From sequence record OP360897.1: a stretch of DNA of 376 bases. One strand, 5' to 3'. Both the position numbers and the translations under genes were made by a program. The notes beneath the pieces were generated by a model that saw nothing but the letters and a program-made list of their open reading frames with translations, did not search any database and was not told the DNA's origin. Position 1 is the first letter of the stretch. Each line of letters begins with the position of its first letter. Source of the stretch: a phage. Shown piece after piece: positions 1-376 of this stretch.

Positions 1-376
1 TGCTGACTGCCGATGTGATGATTTTCGACATTGAAGACGCTATGAACCACTATGACGTGGCTGGCGAGTATTCCAACCAGCTTGGTGAAGCTCTGGCTAT
101 CGCTGCCGATGGTGCGGTTCTGGCTGAAATGGCTATCCTGTGTAACCTCCCAGCCGCATCCAACGAGAACATCGCTGGTCTGGGAACTGCGTCCGTACTT
201 GAAGTTGGTAAGAAAGCTGACCTAGACACCCCGGCTAAACTGGGTGAAGCAATCATCGGTCAACTGACCATTGCTCGTGCGAAGCTGACCTCCAACTACG
301 TTCCTGCTGGCGACCGTTACTTCTACACTACGCCTGACAACTACTCTGCAATCCTCGCGGCCCTGATGCCCAACGC
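1..376 (+). CDS. 10A: Major capsid protein, T7 gp10A-like (HK97-fold), internal fragment truncated at both window edges
   Basis: Seen in sequence: + strand phase 3 (first full codon nt 3-5, last full codon nt 372-374) is open for all 124 codons, while the other two + phases hit stops almost immediately (tga at 4-6; tga at 32-34 in phase 2). Translation: LTADVMIFDIEDAMNHYDVAGEYSNQLGEALAIAADGAVLAEMAILCNLPAASNENIAGLGTASVLEVGKKADLDTPAKLGEAIIGQLTIARAKLTSNYVPAGDRYFYTTPDNYSAILAALMPNA. Established knowledge, recalled from memory and not searched: T7 gp10A contains ...LTADVLIYDIEDAMNHYDVRSEYTSQLGESLAMAADGAVLAEIAGLCN...NENIEGLGTA...NYVPAADRVFYCDPDSYSAILAALMPNA..., which is near-identical at both ends of this fragment. 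Codon usage is strongly biased (Ala GCT, Gly GGT, Leu CTG, Asn AAC, Tyr TAC, Arg CGT, Ile ATC), as expected for a very highly expressed late structural gene. Confidence 0.9.

Noticed and set aside
45-59. Weak resemblance of 'aaccactatgacgtg' to the T7 promoter core (gactcactataggg)
   Set aside because: Only the CACTAT hexamer matches, and the critical flanking positions (the TAATACGACT upstream element and the GGGAGA initiation region) are absent. It sits in the middle of the coding frame (N-H-Y-D-V) and is explained by codon sequence.
60-182. Recurring 'ctggct' / 'gctggc' hexamers (around nt 60, 93, 120 and 176)
   Set aside because: These are consequences of repeated Leu-Ala and Ala-Gly dipeptides encoded with the preferred CTG/GCT/GGT codons. 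They are short, irregularly spaced and not a repeat array or CRISPR-like structure.
207-221. Purine-rich 'ggtaagaaagctgac' resembling a Shine-Dalgarno element
   Set aside because: No in-frame start codon at suitable spacing downstream in any frame. It simply encodes G-K-K-A-D within the capsid reading frame.
50-256. Minus-strand ORF of 68 aa from the six-frame track (MIASPSLAGVSRSAFLPTSSTDAVPRPAMFSLDAAGRLHRIAISARTAPSAAIARASPSWLEYSPATS)
   Set aside because: It lies entirely antisense to a strongly supported capsid CDS. Its Ala/Ser/Pro/Arg-rich, low-complexity composition is typical of the reverse complement of a GCT/GGT/CTG-biased gene. It has no recognisable homology and no evident ribosome-binding site, so it is a spurious shadow ORF.
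1-376. Possibility that the window contains a novel or undescribed system, as the task suggests
   Set aside because: The entire window is accounted for by one continuous, well-known structural gene. There is no intergenic space, no second gene, no repeat architecture and no unexplained signal, so claiming novelty would be unsupported.

Overview
The whole 376-bp window is one uninterrupted + strand reading frame (codon phase starting at nt 3) that runs off both edges: an internal fragment of a major capsid protein gene of a T7-like podophage (Autographiviridae, homolog of T7 gene 10A). The 124-aa translation (LTADVMIFDIEDAMNHYDVAGEYSNQLGEALAIAADGAVLAEMAILCN...NYVPAGDRYFYTTPDNYSAILAALMPNA) matches my recollection of T7 gp10A around residues 100-225 closely at both ends and more loosely in the middle. 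The identification rests on memory of the T7 protein, not on a search. GC is about 54% (203/376 by hand count), and codon choice is strongly skewed to high-expression enterobacterial codons. The only ORF in the supplied track (minus strand, 50..256) is a spurious antisense frame. I find no RNA gene, repeat array, mobile element, promoter or terminator, and no evidence of a novel system: this is a well-characterised structural gene. The modest points of interest are its divergence from T7 in the central segment and the question of what contig a strictly lytic phage gene sits in.
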